Source: Anthoceros angustus
Lineage: Eukaryota > Plantae > Anthocerotophyta
Assembly: GCA_010909165.1 (NCBI GenBank)
Contig: MU008158.1
Location: 370,581-434,580 of the forward strand
Reading direction: 5' to 3'
Length of the DNA: 64,000 nt
Below the pieces are notes generated by a model. That model had not been told where the DNA came from. It was given only the letters and a program-made list of their open reading frames with translations, and did no database searches. The position numbers and the translations under genes were made by a program. Below, one piece after another: positions 52,900-64,000 of this stretch; position 1 is the stretch's first letter, and each line of letters opens with the position of its first letter.

Positions 52900-54121
52900 T
52901 CATTCAAGAGGGCGGCCTGGCGACTCGTCCATGCCTTGCGATGATACTGAGTCAAGGACCACCGCTAAATTCTGAAGGCGGTCCATATCCTCCACGTCAA
53001 AGCTATCATGCTCCTCCAATACTTGCTCGTATTCATTAGTATCATTTTTGGGCTCAAATTCAGACGTTGTTGATTGCCACACAATGTCTAGGGTCTACTA
53101 ACCCTCATCCAAAAGCTTGCTAGTCGTGGTCTTCAACCTTCTAGCACTCAATGCAACCACTTGGGCTTTAAGGCAATCCTTCTCACTAATGCAAACCTCC
53201 TTTGCCCAGAATTTGGATGGGCCCCTGCGATGCGGCTCGAATGTCAACTCTTCCTCTGCGTGTGGCAGGACTTGTACATCATATATGCGTTGTTCAATGT
53301 ACCCTGCGCACCTCAAATCGGCTTCAATTGCAATACAATTGCGGCCACTGAACAATGCTGCCAATGTTGTCGTGCCGCTCCCTACACAAGCATCAACAAC
53401 CCAATCTCCTTCCCTAGAGAATGTTTTCATAAGTTTTGTCATAAGGCCCGATTAGGCGTTAGTGAGCGGAACCACCGACTTGTCATGTGATAGGTGGACG
53501 ACTTCTTCCGGCGATTAGTTGCCCAATAAGACCTCCATTGTTGAAAGTCCCTTGCATGGCGTTAGGCATCGTAGACCGTGTCTCTCGCACAACCTGCTTT
53601 TAGACACCACCCCACTGTCACATACTCCATAGTCTCAAATCCGCCTCTGTCGTTATTCATGCTTGTCTTGTCCCAGATGAAGGACACCATGCCTCCTTTG
53701 CCACACAATTTCCCTATAGACTCCCTGGCTGTGTGGGCTTCTTCAACTCCATGCATGACAATAAGCCTAAACTCCTCACTGGTGGTTTTTCTTGGAAACT
53801 CTGGAAAACTGCACCCATCATGGTCAAATCCATGCGCTTGTCCATGGGACCGATGTCAAAGCTACGGGGGATGTCCATGACAAGCAAAGTATATCTCCTT
53901 CCCCGCAGATGGCCACGCATGTCAAGGACATTGCGTCCTTCCATCTAATACTGGACCTGCTTTTCTGTCGACGGAACGTTGAAAACGTGGAGTCCCTCTT
54001 GCAAGTCCTTGTCCGCTAAAGCCTGCTCTTCATTCTCCAGGCCCTTCCAATTATTGATCTCAAATATGAAATGGCGGAACTCCTCGGGTAGTTTTGACAA
54101 GACCTCCATATCCTTCAATTG
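52900..54121 (-). pseudogene. Beta-class amino DNA methyltransferase, copy 2, disrupted
   Basis: YTLLVMDIPRSF, MVSFIWDKTSMNNDRGGFETMEYVTVGW and KLMKTFSREGDWVVDACVGSGTTTLAALFSGRNCIAIEAD (GSGTT SAM-binding motif I). It has stops and frameshifts. Confidence 0.85.
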
Positions 54122-54194
54122 CTGCACGAAATCCAAGTTGTTAGCGAGGAATATCCTATCCTATTGCAAGAATGGAATAGGGAGAGGCGATTAC

Positions 54195-54590
54195 GAGGGC
54201 GCCCGACGTGGCGCCTCCTCAAGCACCACCAGCACCAGCAAGGTGGTGCGTGAGGAGGCGCCGTCCATTGGCGCCCTCACATGCACCACCGTAGGCACTA
54301 CGGTCTGCGTGAGGGCAGGCGCCCTCACATGCACCACCAAGCACCAACAAGGTGGTGCGTGAGGAGGCGCGGTCGGCGCCCTCACATGCACCACCACATG
54401 CACCAGCAGGTGGTGGAAGCGGAGGCGGCAGTCGGCGCCCTCCTCAAGCACTACTGAGGCTGCAAGTGGTGCAAGGGAGGCGCCATCACTCGGCGGGTGG
54501 TACTTGGGGAGGCGCCGGCCCAGGTGGTGCGTGAGGGCGCCGGCCGGCAAGCAACGAGGACCTACAAGAGGGCGCGGTCGGCGCCTCCTC
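54195..54590. repeat. Array of ~50-55 bp imperfect hairpins built on GGCGCC...GCACCACC / GGTGGTGC...GGCGCC arms
   Basis: Example unit: GGCGCCTCCTCAAGCACCACC-agcaccagcaa-GGTGGTGCGTGAGGAGGCGCC. There are about 11 GGCGCC sites in about 390 bp. Confidence 0.85.
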
Positions 54591-54689
54591 TTCTACTAAA
54601 TCAAGCTGTAACAGGCAAGAATGAGGGCTAACCTTAGCGACCGTCTTGTCTAAAATCGAGCCGCATCGGTCGGTCAGTGTAGAGGTACT

Positions 54690-55600
54690 CCTCCATGGTG
54701 GTTTTTCTTGGAAACTACGGAAGCGCACCCATCATGGTCAAATCCATCGCTTGTCCATGGGACCGATGTCAAAGCTACGGGGATGTCCATGACAAGCAAA
54801 GTATATCTCCTTCCCTTGAGATGGCCACGCATGTCAAGGACATTGCGTCCTTCCATCTAATCTTGGACACGCTTTTACATCGTGAGCGTTGAAAGCGTGG
54901 AGTCCCTCTTCAAGTCCTTGTAAAGCACACTCTTCATTCTCAGGCCCTTCCAATTATTGATCTCAAATATGAAATGGCGGAACTCCTCGGGTAGTTTGAC
55001 AAGACCTCCATATCCTTCAATTCTTTGCGAAATCCAAGTTGTTAGCGAGGAATATCTATCCTATTGCAAGAATGGAATAGGGACGGAGGCGGTGCGGAGA
55101 GGCGCCCGGTAGGGCGCCCTCCTCAAGCACTACCGCGAGGCACCGAGGGTGGTGCGTGAGGAGGCGCCCGTCCGGCTGGCGCCCTCACATGCACCACCAC
55201 CGTAGGCACTACGGTCTTTGCGTGAGGGCAGGCGCCCTCACATGCACCACCAGCACCAGCAAGGTGGTGCGTGAGGGGCTGGCGGGCTGGCCGGCGCCCT
55301 CACCACCACCACATGCACCAGGGGTGGTGGAAGCGGAGGCGGCAGTGGCGGCGCCCTCCTCAAGCACTACTGAGGGCCACCTGAAGCAAGTGGTGCAAGG
55401 GAGGCGCCATCACTCGGCGGGTGGTACTTGGGGGCCGGCGCCCGTGAGGTGGTGCTTGGGGGCGCCGGCCGGCAAGCAACGAGGACCTACAGAGGAGGCG
55501 CGGTCGGCGCCCTCCTCTTCTACTTCTCCGTCAACCTTGGGCAGAATGAGGGCTAACCTTAGCGACCGTCTTGTCTAAAATCGAGCATCGGTCGGTCAGT
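54690..55600 (-). repeat. Tandem duplicate of the methyltransferase copy-2 N-terminal exon start plus the hairpin array
   Basis: 53770-54690 is repeated at 54690-55610 with many small indels. The junction microhomology is ACTCCTC. Confidence 0.8.
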
Positions 55601-55959
55601 GTAGAGGTACTCCTCCACAACCGTATCGTGTCTTGCGCTCCCAACCTCTCAAGTCCTTCGCTTTGTATGCAGAAATTTCGTGCCGGTTGCAAGCTAACGC
55701 AATGTCTCGTAGAGAGGGAGTTCGCGACGATCAGAGTGCTAGGCCCTCCAATTCCAGCAGTTCTGCCCACATCCTCAGCAACAATCCCCACAATTCTGCC
55801 CCAATCAGTCTTGATGCTATTGCAGGCCACCCCGCATCCATTCCAAACCCAGCATCCAGTGACTCTGCCCATATAACATCCCTAGACCCCAGCACTTTTG
55901 CTCCCATTAATGGGAGTGAGCATGGTAAGGTAATTAGCCCTAGCCCAAATGCTCAGAGT

Positions 55960-56424
55960 AACCACTCCAATTCCTACATAACTCATCGACCGGCGCATCC
56001 TCCGGTATGATCGGCTACGGCGGTGCGTCACCAGTTCCTTGTGGCATGGAGTGGTGAGCCAGATAGTAATGCTACGTGGGAGCCCGAATCCTTTTGCTCT
56101 CAATTTCCTCACACGCATGCAGTTACGGCGGGCCGGAGGACCAGGCCACCCTTAGTGGGGGAGAATGATACAGAGCACAGACCCATGGCCATCTCGCGCT
56201 CTCCAGTGTTACGGAGCTGCTTAGCGGATCCGGTAGCAGCGGGGAACCAAGTAGCAGGTACCTCTTTCGTGAATAGGAAAATTAAATATTTATAGCTATA
56301 TTCTTAGAGAAAATAGACTATATGCTCAGTAAATAGATTATTTATAGATAAATTAAATAGTATTCTTAATAAATAGGATAAATAGAGTAAAATAAGATAA
56401 GTATGTAGAAATGAGCGGGTAACA
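55960..56424 (+). mobile_element. 3' end of a chromovirus-type Ty3/gypsy element: chromodomain, polypurine tract and ~259 bp LTR (56166-56424)
   Basis: IDRRILR..HQFLVAWSGEPDSNATWEPESFCSQFPH is followed by AGTGGGGGAGAA and then TGATAC...GTAACA termini. Confidence 0.7.
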
Positions 56425-56929
56425 CCCAACCAACCTACCCACCAAATTGAACGGCCAAACCTAACCAACCCAAATACCTAACCAACCCAAACACCGGACA
56501 AGAAACACACACATCTGGCTTCTTGGCTTGGACCAAGAGACTGCATATGTACCTAGAATAGAGCAGTAAACGAGGTCCAATTCCTATGCTACAAATCCTG
56601 CACCAATTCCTATGCTACAAATCCTGCACGGGGCATGCTAGGTTCCCTTGTGCGAGCTGTGCGTGTCATTTACATATGTATGTATGCGTAAGAAATAATA
56701 AATAATATTAAAATTTTAATCATAATAAAAAGCAAAAGATCTAATATATAAAGCAAAATAATAAAATAGTAATTGAAATACCTATTACCGAGAGTAGACT
56801 ATTCCTCGTTCTTTTATGACCTACATACATATGCAGTAGGTACCTAGTTAAATACAAATATCATATGATATAACTCGAGAGAGGCATAATAAGATGTGGA
56901 CCTCTTATCAAGCTAGTAACTTAAAACCC

Positions 56930-57651
56930 ACCTCAAAACCTGGTGAGGCCGTGCAGGCCGAGGACAAATAACTACTCAGGCTTGCAGACCAGGTCTGGCT
57001 GGCAAGAGAGCACATGAGACTGAAGGAGTTGTGTTCCCCTGTCCTCCAGGCTCACATTCACGCAGCAGGGCATGTCCAGGCCGAGGCAGTGAAGAGGCAC
57101 AGATTCTTCCAGCCCAGTTTCAGGTGCCTCTCTGCTCCGCCAGGGTGTAACCCTCACCAGCGAACATCCCGAGCAGCAGGGCTGCTTGGGTAGCAGCGTT
57201 GCCACTCAAGGACACAGCCTGGAATCCAGCCTGAGCAAGGTGCTCAGTCCACCGGTCGAATTTCACCTCCCGGTGCGGGCAGGCCTCCCACTGCCAGAAT
57301 GTTCTTGATCTCGCAGCTCAGCAGCTGCTGCTCCACGATGTGCCGCTCCGGGTGGTCCTCCGGGTGAGATGCCAGGAATCGAACAGTGCAGAGTAGTAGT
57401 GCAGGGCTTCCACGAACCTGTTCAGAAATGTGCCAGCATGGCTCAGATCCTGCTCCACCATGGTGACCACCTGGAAGGAGGGCGGACAGTGTGAGTCAAG
57501 GTCTGCAATGTGGGTGTGAAATGCATGCGTGTGCTAGATCTATGAAGTGCTGAAGGAGTTTTGATGGGTTTTAGTAGTAGTAGTACCTTGGGGCGAAGGC
57601 TGTGAAGGAGAGCCAGGGTGCAGGTGTCGGATCCTGTGACGTCGTAGAGAG
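56930..57651 (-). pseudogene. Partial duplicate of the SCR 3' end (end of exon 1, intron, exon 2) with frameshifts
   Basis: Near-identical to 58870-59592 but with single-base deletions. It is part of a 1.94 kb tandem duplication. Confidence 0.75.
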
Positions 57652-57899
57652 GGAGTTCGCGACGATCAGTGCTAGGCCCTCCAATTCCAGTGATTCGCCC
57701 ACATCCTCGACAACAATCCCCACAATTACGCCCCAATCGGTCTTGATGCTATTGCGAGCCACCCCGCATCCATTCCAAACCCAGCATCCAGTGACTCTGC
57801 CCATATAACATCCCTAGACTGACACTTTTGCTCCCATTAATGGGAGTGAGCATGGTAAGGTAATTAGCCCTAGCCCAAATGCTCGAGTAACCACTCCAA

Positions 57900-58352
57900 T
57901 TCCTACATAACTCATCGACCGGCGCATCCTCCGGTATGATCGGCTACGGCGGTGCGTCACCAGTTCCTTGTGGCATGGAGTGGTGAGCCGATAGTAATGC
58001 TACGTGGGAGCCGAATCCTTTTGCTCTCAATTTCCTCACACGCATGCAGTTACGGCGGGCCGGAGGACGAGGCCACCCTTAGTGGGGGAGAATGATACAG
58101 AGCACAGACCCATGGCCATCTCGCGCTCTCCGGTGTTACGGAGCTGCTTAGCGGATCCGGTAGCAGCGGGGAACCAAGTAGCGGTACCTCTCTTTCGTGA
58201 ATAGGAAAATTAAATATTTATAGCTATATTCTTAGAGAAAATAGACTATATGCTCAGTAAATAGATTATTTATAGATAAATTAAATAGTATTCTTAATAA
58301 ATAGGATAAATAGAGTAAAATAAGATAAGTATGTAGAAATGAACGGGTAACA
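57900..58352 (+). mobile_element. Second copy of the chromodomain-PPT-LTR remnant (LTR 58093-58352)
   Basis: Duplicate of 55960-56424. Confidence 0.7.
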
Positions 58353-58990
58353 CCCAACCAACCTACCCACCAAATTGAACGGCCAAACGCCTAACCAACC
58401 CAAATACCTAACCAACCCAAACACCAGACAAGAAACAAACACCTGTACGCGGCTTCTTGGCTTGGACCAAGAGACTGCATATGTACCTAGAATAGAGCAG
58501 TAAACGAGGTCCAATTCCTATGCTACAAATCCTGCACCAATTCCTATGCTACAAATCCTGCACGGGGCATGCTAGGTTCCCTTGTGCGAGCGTAAATCAT
58601 TTACATATGTATGTATGCGTAAGAAATAATAAATAATATTAAAATTTTAATCATAATAAAAAGCAAAAGATCTAATATATAAAGCAAAATAATAAAATAG
58701 TAATTGAAATACCTATTACCGAGAGTAGACTATTCCTCGTTCTTTTATGACCTACATACATATGCAGTAGGTACCTAGTTAAATACAAATATCATATGAT
58801 ATAACTCGAGAGAGGCATAATAAGATGTGGACCTCTTATCAAGCTAGTAACTTAAAACCCACCTCAAAACCTGGTGAGGCCGTGCAGGCCCCGAGGACAA
58901 ATAACTACTCAGGCTTGCAGACCAGGTCTGGCTGGCAAGAGAGCACATGAGACTGAAGGAGTTGTGTTCCCCTGTCCTCCAGGCTCACAT

Positions 58991-61900
58991 TCACGCAGCA
59001 GGGCATGTCCAGGCCGAGGCAGTGAAGAGGCACAGATTCTTCCAGCCCAGTTTCAGAGTGCCTCTCTGCTCCGCCAGGGTGTAACCCTCACCAGCGAACA
59101 TCCCGAGCAGCAGGGCTGCTTGGGTAGCAGCGTTGCCACTCAAGGACACAGCCTGGAATCCAGCCTGAGCAAGGTGCTCGGTCCACCGGTCGAATTTCAC
59201 CTCCCCGGTGCGGGCAGGCCCTCCCACTGCCAGAATGTTCTTGATCTCGCAGCTCAGCAGCTGCTGCTCCACGATGTGCCGCTCCGGGTGGTCCTCCGGG
59301 TGAGATGCCAGGGAATCGAACAGTGCAGAGTAGTAGTGCAGGGCTTCCACGAACCTGTTCAGAAATGTGCCAGCATGGCTCAGATCCTGCTCCACCATGG
59401 TGACCACCTGGAAGGAGGGCGGACAGTGTGAGTCAAGGTCTGCAATGTGGGTGTGAAATGCATGCGTGTGCTAGATCTATGAAGTGCTGAAGGGAGTTTT
59501 GATGGGTTTTAGTAGTAGTAGTAGTACCTTGGGGCGAAGGCTGTGAAGGAGAGCCAGGGTGCGGGTGTCGGATCCTGTGACGTCGTAGAGAGAATGATGG
59601 AGCCAGTGGATGGCCACTGTGTCTCCTTGGCACACCCTGAGCGCTTGGGCGTCGAGGTTGCCCACCCGGTCCGCCACCGGGAAGAACTGGAAGGGCAGGC
59701 CCAGGGTGAGGGCGAAGTCGGAGAGCCTTCTCCCTGTGGCTTCGAGCGCTTCCTTGCTGGTGCCCAGCCCAGTGATCTTGAGGTGGGGCGGCCCACCGGG
59801 TCTGGAAGCAAGGATGTGGAACAGGGCTGGCCACTGGAGGCCCTGCATGATGTCGAGATCAATAATATGAACTCTGTCTTCTCCCTCAAAGGCCTCCAGG
59901 ATAGCCTGGTTGGATGTGAAATGCGAGAATTTCACAAACGGACAGACATCGTTGAAGACTTGGAATGCAGCCACAATGTTGTGGTTGGTGATGAGCTGAA
60001 TGCCAGGCAGCGGAGGGCATATCCCCAGGCAGGAGCTGATGAGCCTGCTTGCCATGGCTTCTGCGAAGTATGCTGCAACTCTGTGCACAGAGTTGCCATA
60101 CGGAGAGGCCAGCTCCGAGAGCTGAGGCAGGATGATGTTGGCCTCGTCCAGGTTGTCGTTGGACACTGCCTCGGCACACTGGAGCAGCAGGCCTATGAGA
60201 TGCAGGCCCTCGCTGTCGCAGGCAGGGGTGGCAACATCCGCCATGCTGGTGTCACAATCGCAGGACACTCCAGGACCATGTCCTGCATTGTTCTTGCCCT
60301 CTGCGTGGGCTGCAGTGGTTGCCACGGAGTGGTGGCTTTCCTCAGCTGCCGTCGGAGTTTTCTGACCCATGGACGTCCTGAGGAGAGCTAGTGGGCTGGC
60401 ATCGGAATTGGGATTTGGGGTGTCGGCAGCTGCAACGAAGGACTGATGATGATCCGCCTTGTTGGAGTTCTGATCAGGACTCAACATCTTCTGCATGTTG
60501 TTGTTAGCGGGTGAGGATCCCTGAGCCGGTTTGAGAGCCGCAGCATCTGCATTCTTGGACCCAGCTGCTGATTCAGACGACTGTTTGTTGTGGTGAGAGC
60601 GATTCATCTTGTTGGAATCTGAAATCTCCTTCAACGGGTCGATGTACACCCCATCCCTATTCTGTATCTGGGACTGCTGCAGCTGCTGCCGCTGCTGCCC
60701 CAGGGACGATGACATCTTCTGCTCTTGCCCGAACCCCGCAGCCTGCTGATAAACAACGCGCCGTCCGTCATCCAGGCCCTGCTCGACCTGCGAGCTGCTC
60801 CGAGAGCTCATGCTGGACATCTCCTGCTGCCCCATCCGGGAAGCTCCCCGCGGACTGGCACCGGCAGTGACACTCTCCGGTCGTGACCGGCCCAGGGCCT
60901 GGTGCGGCACGGCGGAGTTGCCATGGCCAGTCGGGCTCATGCTCCTCGCGCACTGCAGGCCTGCAGCAGACAGTCTAGGACTCGCAGCAAGCTCCGGCTG
61001 CTGCGCAACGGTTACCTGATAGATTGCACGATCGACGTCCGGCCGCTTGTCCCCGCGGAAGCCTGCGGTCCGGGGTCGGGCATCCGGGCCGGAGGTGCTG
61101 ATAGACTCGTGCTGCATGTGCATGGTCTGCTGCACCACTTCTCCTTGGTGCTGCGGGAACAGAGCTCCCAGGTGCTGCAAAAGCCTGGCTGCATCCCCAG
61201 CCGCCGGTTGCTGCTGCTGATGCTGCGGTTGGAGAGAGAGCTTGAGACGGTCGGCACCGCGTGCGTCCATCTCCATGAAAGCATCCTGGCCTTGTCCCTG
61301 CTGGGTGAAGTGAGCCCCATGCCCGGCAGAGAGCTGGGTGAAGGCCGCCTCCCTCGTGCGCTTATGGGGCCCCCTCTGCGGGTCCGGGCAGAAGCGATTG
61401 CGGTGACCAGGAGGCACATGGAAGCGGTTGTGCTGGGAAGCGAGAGCCTGAGAGCTGAAGCAGGTGCTGTTGCCGTAGCTACTTCCTCTGTCTTCAGAGA
61501 AGACGACGACGTCGTTGTTGTTGTTGCCGCGGACGGCATAGCCCCTGCCGTAGTAGTCGGATCGCAGGCGGGAGACGATGAGCGGGCCCAAATGCGGATT
61601 GCAGTGCGACAGCGTCTCGTACAGAGACCGCAGCAGCTGGTGGACGGGGATGGTGGGCATCACCTCCATGAACTCGCTCATGATCCCGTCCAGCCAGGCT
61701 ACCATGGCCGCCTCGTCCATGCTCTGCACGCTCCCGGTGCTCCCGAAACTGTTCCCCTGCTCATCCTGCTCCGTCCCCATATTCCGCTGCCTAACAGCTG
61801 AAGTCTCCACCTCCTGCCCATGGCCGTGGCCGTGGCCGTGGGCAAAGCGCAGCTGCTGCTGAGGCCCGGCAGCGGATGCTGCGAAGTTGGCGTTGAAGTG

Positions 61901-62356
61901 GTAGCCGAGCTGGGGGAGCGGGGCGCGGGGACCAGGGTCCCTGCAGTGCACCGGCCCGGGGGGCAGAGAATAGTTGAGGGAAGGAGAAGGAAGTGCTCCC
62001 GGGAAGGAAATGTGGGAGGAATTGGAATCCAGGGAAGCCACAGTCTGCATATGCATGCCATTGGAGTCGGTGAAAATTGTGGGCAGCGTCTGGGAAGAGG
62101 AAGAGAGGCCCGGCCAGAACGCAGCAGAGCCGGGAGCAGAAACGGAAGCAAGAGCAGCATTGGCATTGGCGCTGGCGCTGGCGGCAGCGTCGCCCGGGGC
62201 GTCGTGGGTGTCGGAGGTGATGACGCTGACGGAGGCCGCAGAGGCCGGGGAGGAAGAACCCGAGGCCGCGGTGGAGTCGAGGCACCAGGGGCGGGGAGCG
62301 AGCCCAAATCCAGCAGCGAGACCGGGCAGTGCGAGCAGGCGCGCGCGCGGGGCCAT
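58991..62356 (-). CDS. SCR: SCARECROW GRAS transcription factor; exon 1 62356-59528, intron 59527-59408, exon 2 59407-58991; the true start may lie further upstream
   Basis: N-terminal WLDGIM...[15 protein letters not shown] motif; [76 protein letters not shown]; the GT..AG intron is at the conserved PK|VVT position; terminal TASAW. Confidence 0.95.
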
Positions 62357-62745
62357 CCACCTCGGCCGAGGCCGAGTCGTTGCTGTGGCAGGCGCTGGAC
62401 ACGTCGCTGAGGTCGGTGCGGGCCGCGGTGGAGGCGGCGGCCATCGCTAGCGAGGGCCCGCCGTCATGGAAGGTGTGCGGAAGGTCCCAGCTGCAGCCCA
62501 GGCGGCGGCAGCCGCAGCCGCGGCCTGGTACGCGAGCGCTTGCTGCGACGTCCAGTTGCAGAAGGCGGCCGCCATGGCGGAGCCCGTTCACGCCCCGAAT
62601 TGCCGTCTCCTCCTCCTGCGCCCACCTTTGCTGTGTGCCGAGCGCGAGGCCGCCACCACCATGTCCCTCTCCCTGCATTTAGAGTATCAAGCCGAGTGAG
62701 TGATTCAGGTTCCATCACAAAGCAGAGAAACAAGCACAAGGAAAA

Positions 62746-62880
62746 GAAGAAGAAGAAGAAGAAGAAGAAGACGCCCCAAGAAGAAGAAGGAGAAGAAGAA
62801 GAAGAAGAAGAGAGCAAGCCCGAAGAAGAAGAAGAAGAAGAAGAAGAAGGAGAAGAGCAAGCCCAGAGAAAAGAGGAGAA
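62746..62880. repeat. (GAA)n microsatellite in the SCR 5' region
   Basis: Directly visible. Confidence 0.9.
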
Positions 62881-64000
62881 GAAGTGCATGGCAGAGGCAC
62901 AGAGAGCGACATGGGCTTACCTGGGGCGCAGCGGTGGAGGCAGGGGGCCTGGCGTGGAGGAGCGCGGCGGAGTCCCGATTCCGCCCCCCACGGGTGCGGG
63001 CTGGGTTTTGGGGAGGAATCGAATGAGAGACAGAGACAAGCCCAGAGGAGTGCCGGTCCCGGACCCGGACCCAGACCCAGAGTCCCAGACCCGGACGCTC
63101 CGGCCTTGCTCTAGACATAGAGAGCGGCGGGAGCGGCAGCTACGGGCTCACCCGGCCCCGGCCCCGGCCCCGGCGCTGCCCGTACACGGCCGGAGCCTAG
63201 CTGCCCTGTTCCCTGCTCCCTGCTCCCTGCCCAGCGCTTGGGCCTGCCTGGGCATTTGCCATTTGCCTAGAGCACTCGGCCTGCGCCTGCCTCCCTTGTA
63301 CGCTAGTACGAGACGCAGGAATCAAATGTGGCGGCACCGGCACCCCCACTCGCACTCGCACTCGGCAGCCTTGTCATTTGGTGCCATTCAGGTATCCTTT
63401 TCCCATTTCTTAATCCTTTCCCGCCCACCTGGCCTGGTCCCGCCCAGAAGGTGGGAGCAGGACCGGACGGAAAAGACTGGGACAAGAGGGAAAAGGAATT
63501 TGTGCTGTTGTTGGGCAATGAATAACAGTGAGGCAACACCTGATGACATATGAAAAAAGGCTCCTCTCGGCCCTCCTTCCTTTTCCTCTCCCTCAATTCT
63601 GAATTCCGCTCTGCTCGCTTCAGCCCAGGCTCCGGCCTTCGCTTTGTGCGGATGATGGAGTTTTGGATGTGTTGGCATCTTTGCGAGTCCAAGTCGATGC
63701 TGATGGCCGAGCCAGGCCAGGAGCAGGCTGGTGTCAGGGCGGAGCCGGAGCCGGAGCCGGCGCCAGAGCCAGAGCCAGAGCCCGATCAGAGCGGAATCGC
63801 GGATCCCCACTGGGAATAGCAGAGACAACAAGATCCAACACCACCACGCAAGCGCCCCCGAAGTTCCAGCTTCGCGCTAGCGTAAACTAATAATATCATA
63901 AAAACAAAATTATGGAGCTTCTGTTTTCCCGGGCCCCGGTCCGTGTCCGGGCCCAGAGAGGTGCACAGAAGAACAAGAAGAAGTATATTAAAGTCCACTA

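Noticed and set aside
45655-54121. Bacterial contamination or a restriction-modification operon
   Set aside because: There is no restriction endonuclease partner, both copies have splice signals, and they are interleaved with plant transposons between plant GRAS genes.
54195-55520. CRISPR array interpretation of the palindromic repeats
   Set aside because: The variable parts are only about 10-13 nt loops, the arms are degenerate, there are no cas genes and the context is eukaryotic.

Overview
This is eukaryotic land-plant nuclear DNA, probably from a non-seed plant (inference). Two GRAS transcription-factor genes on the minus strand bracket the window: an intronless NSP2-like gene (3113-6670) and SCARECROW (58991-62356, one intron). 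A small spliced gene lies at the left edge. The ~50 kb between them is a nest of decayed mobile elements: a CRE-like RLE non-LTR retrotransposon, several copies of a ~5.2 kb TGTGG...CCACA unit with 5-bp target duplications (solo-LTR-like, but carrying an ORF), a CACTA/EnSpm transposase, a DF[AS]xNY-type transposase-like gene and a chromovirus 3' end. The most notable signal is a family of prokaryote-type beta-class amino (N4C/N6A) DNA methyltransferase genes embedded in the transposon nest. There are two near-complete diverged copies (45655-46894, 52900-54121), one C-terminal remnant joined directly to a transposase (24160-24552) and one duplicated N-terminal fragment. The two main copies share a spliceosomal intron acceptor, and one is preceded by an array of GGCGCC-based hairpins. 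All copies here carry stops or frameshifts. Many repeat copies differ by single-base indels, and several tandem duplications have microhomology junctions, so part of the structure may be long-read or assembly noise.
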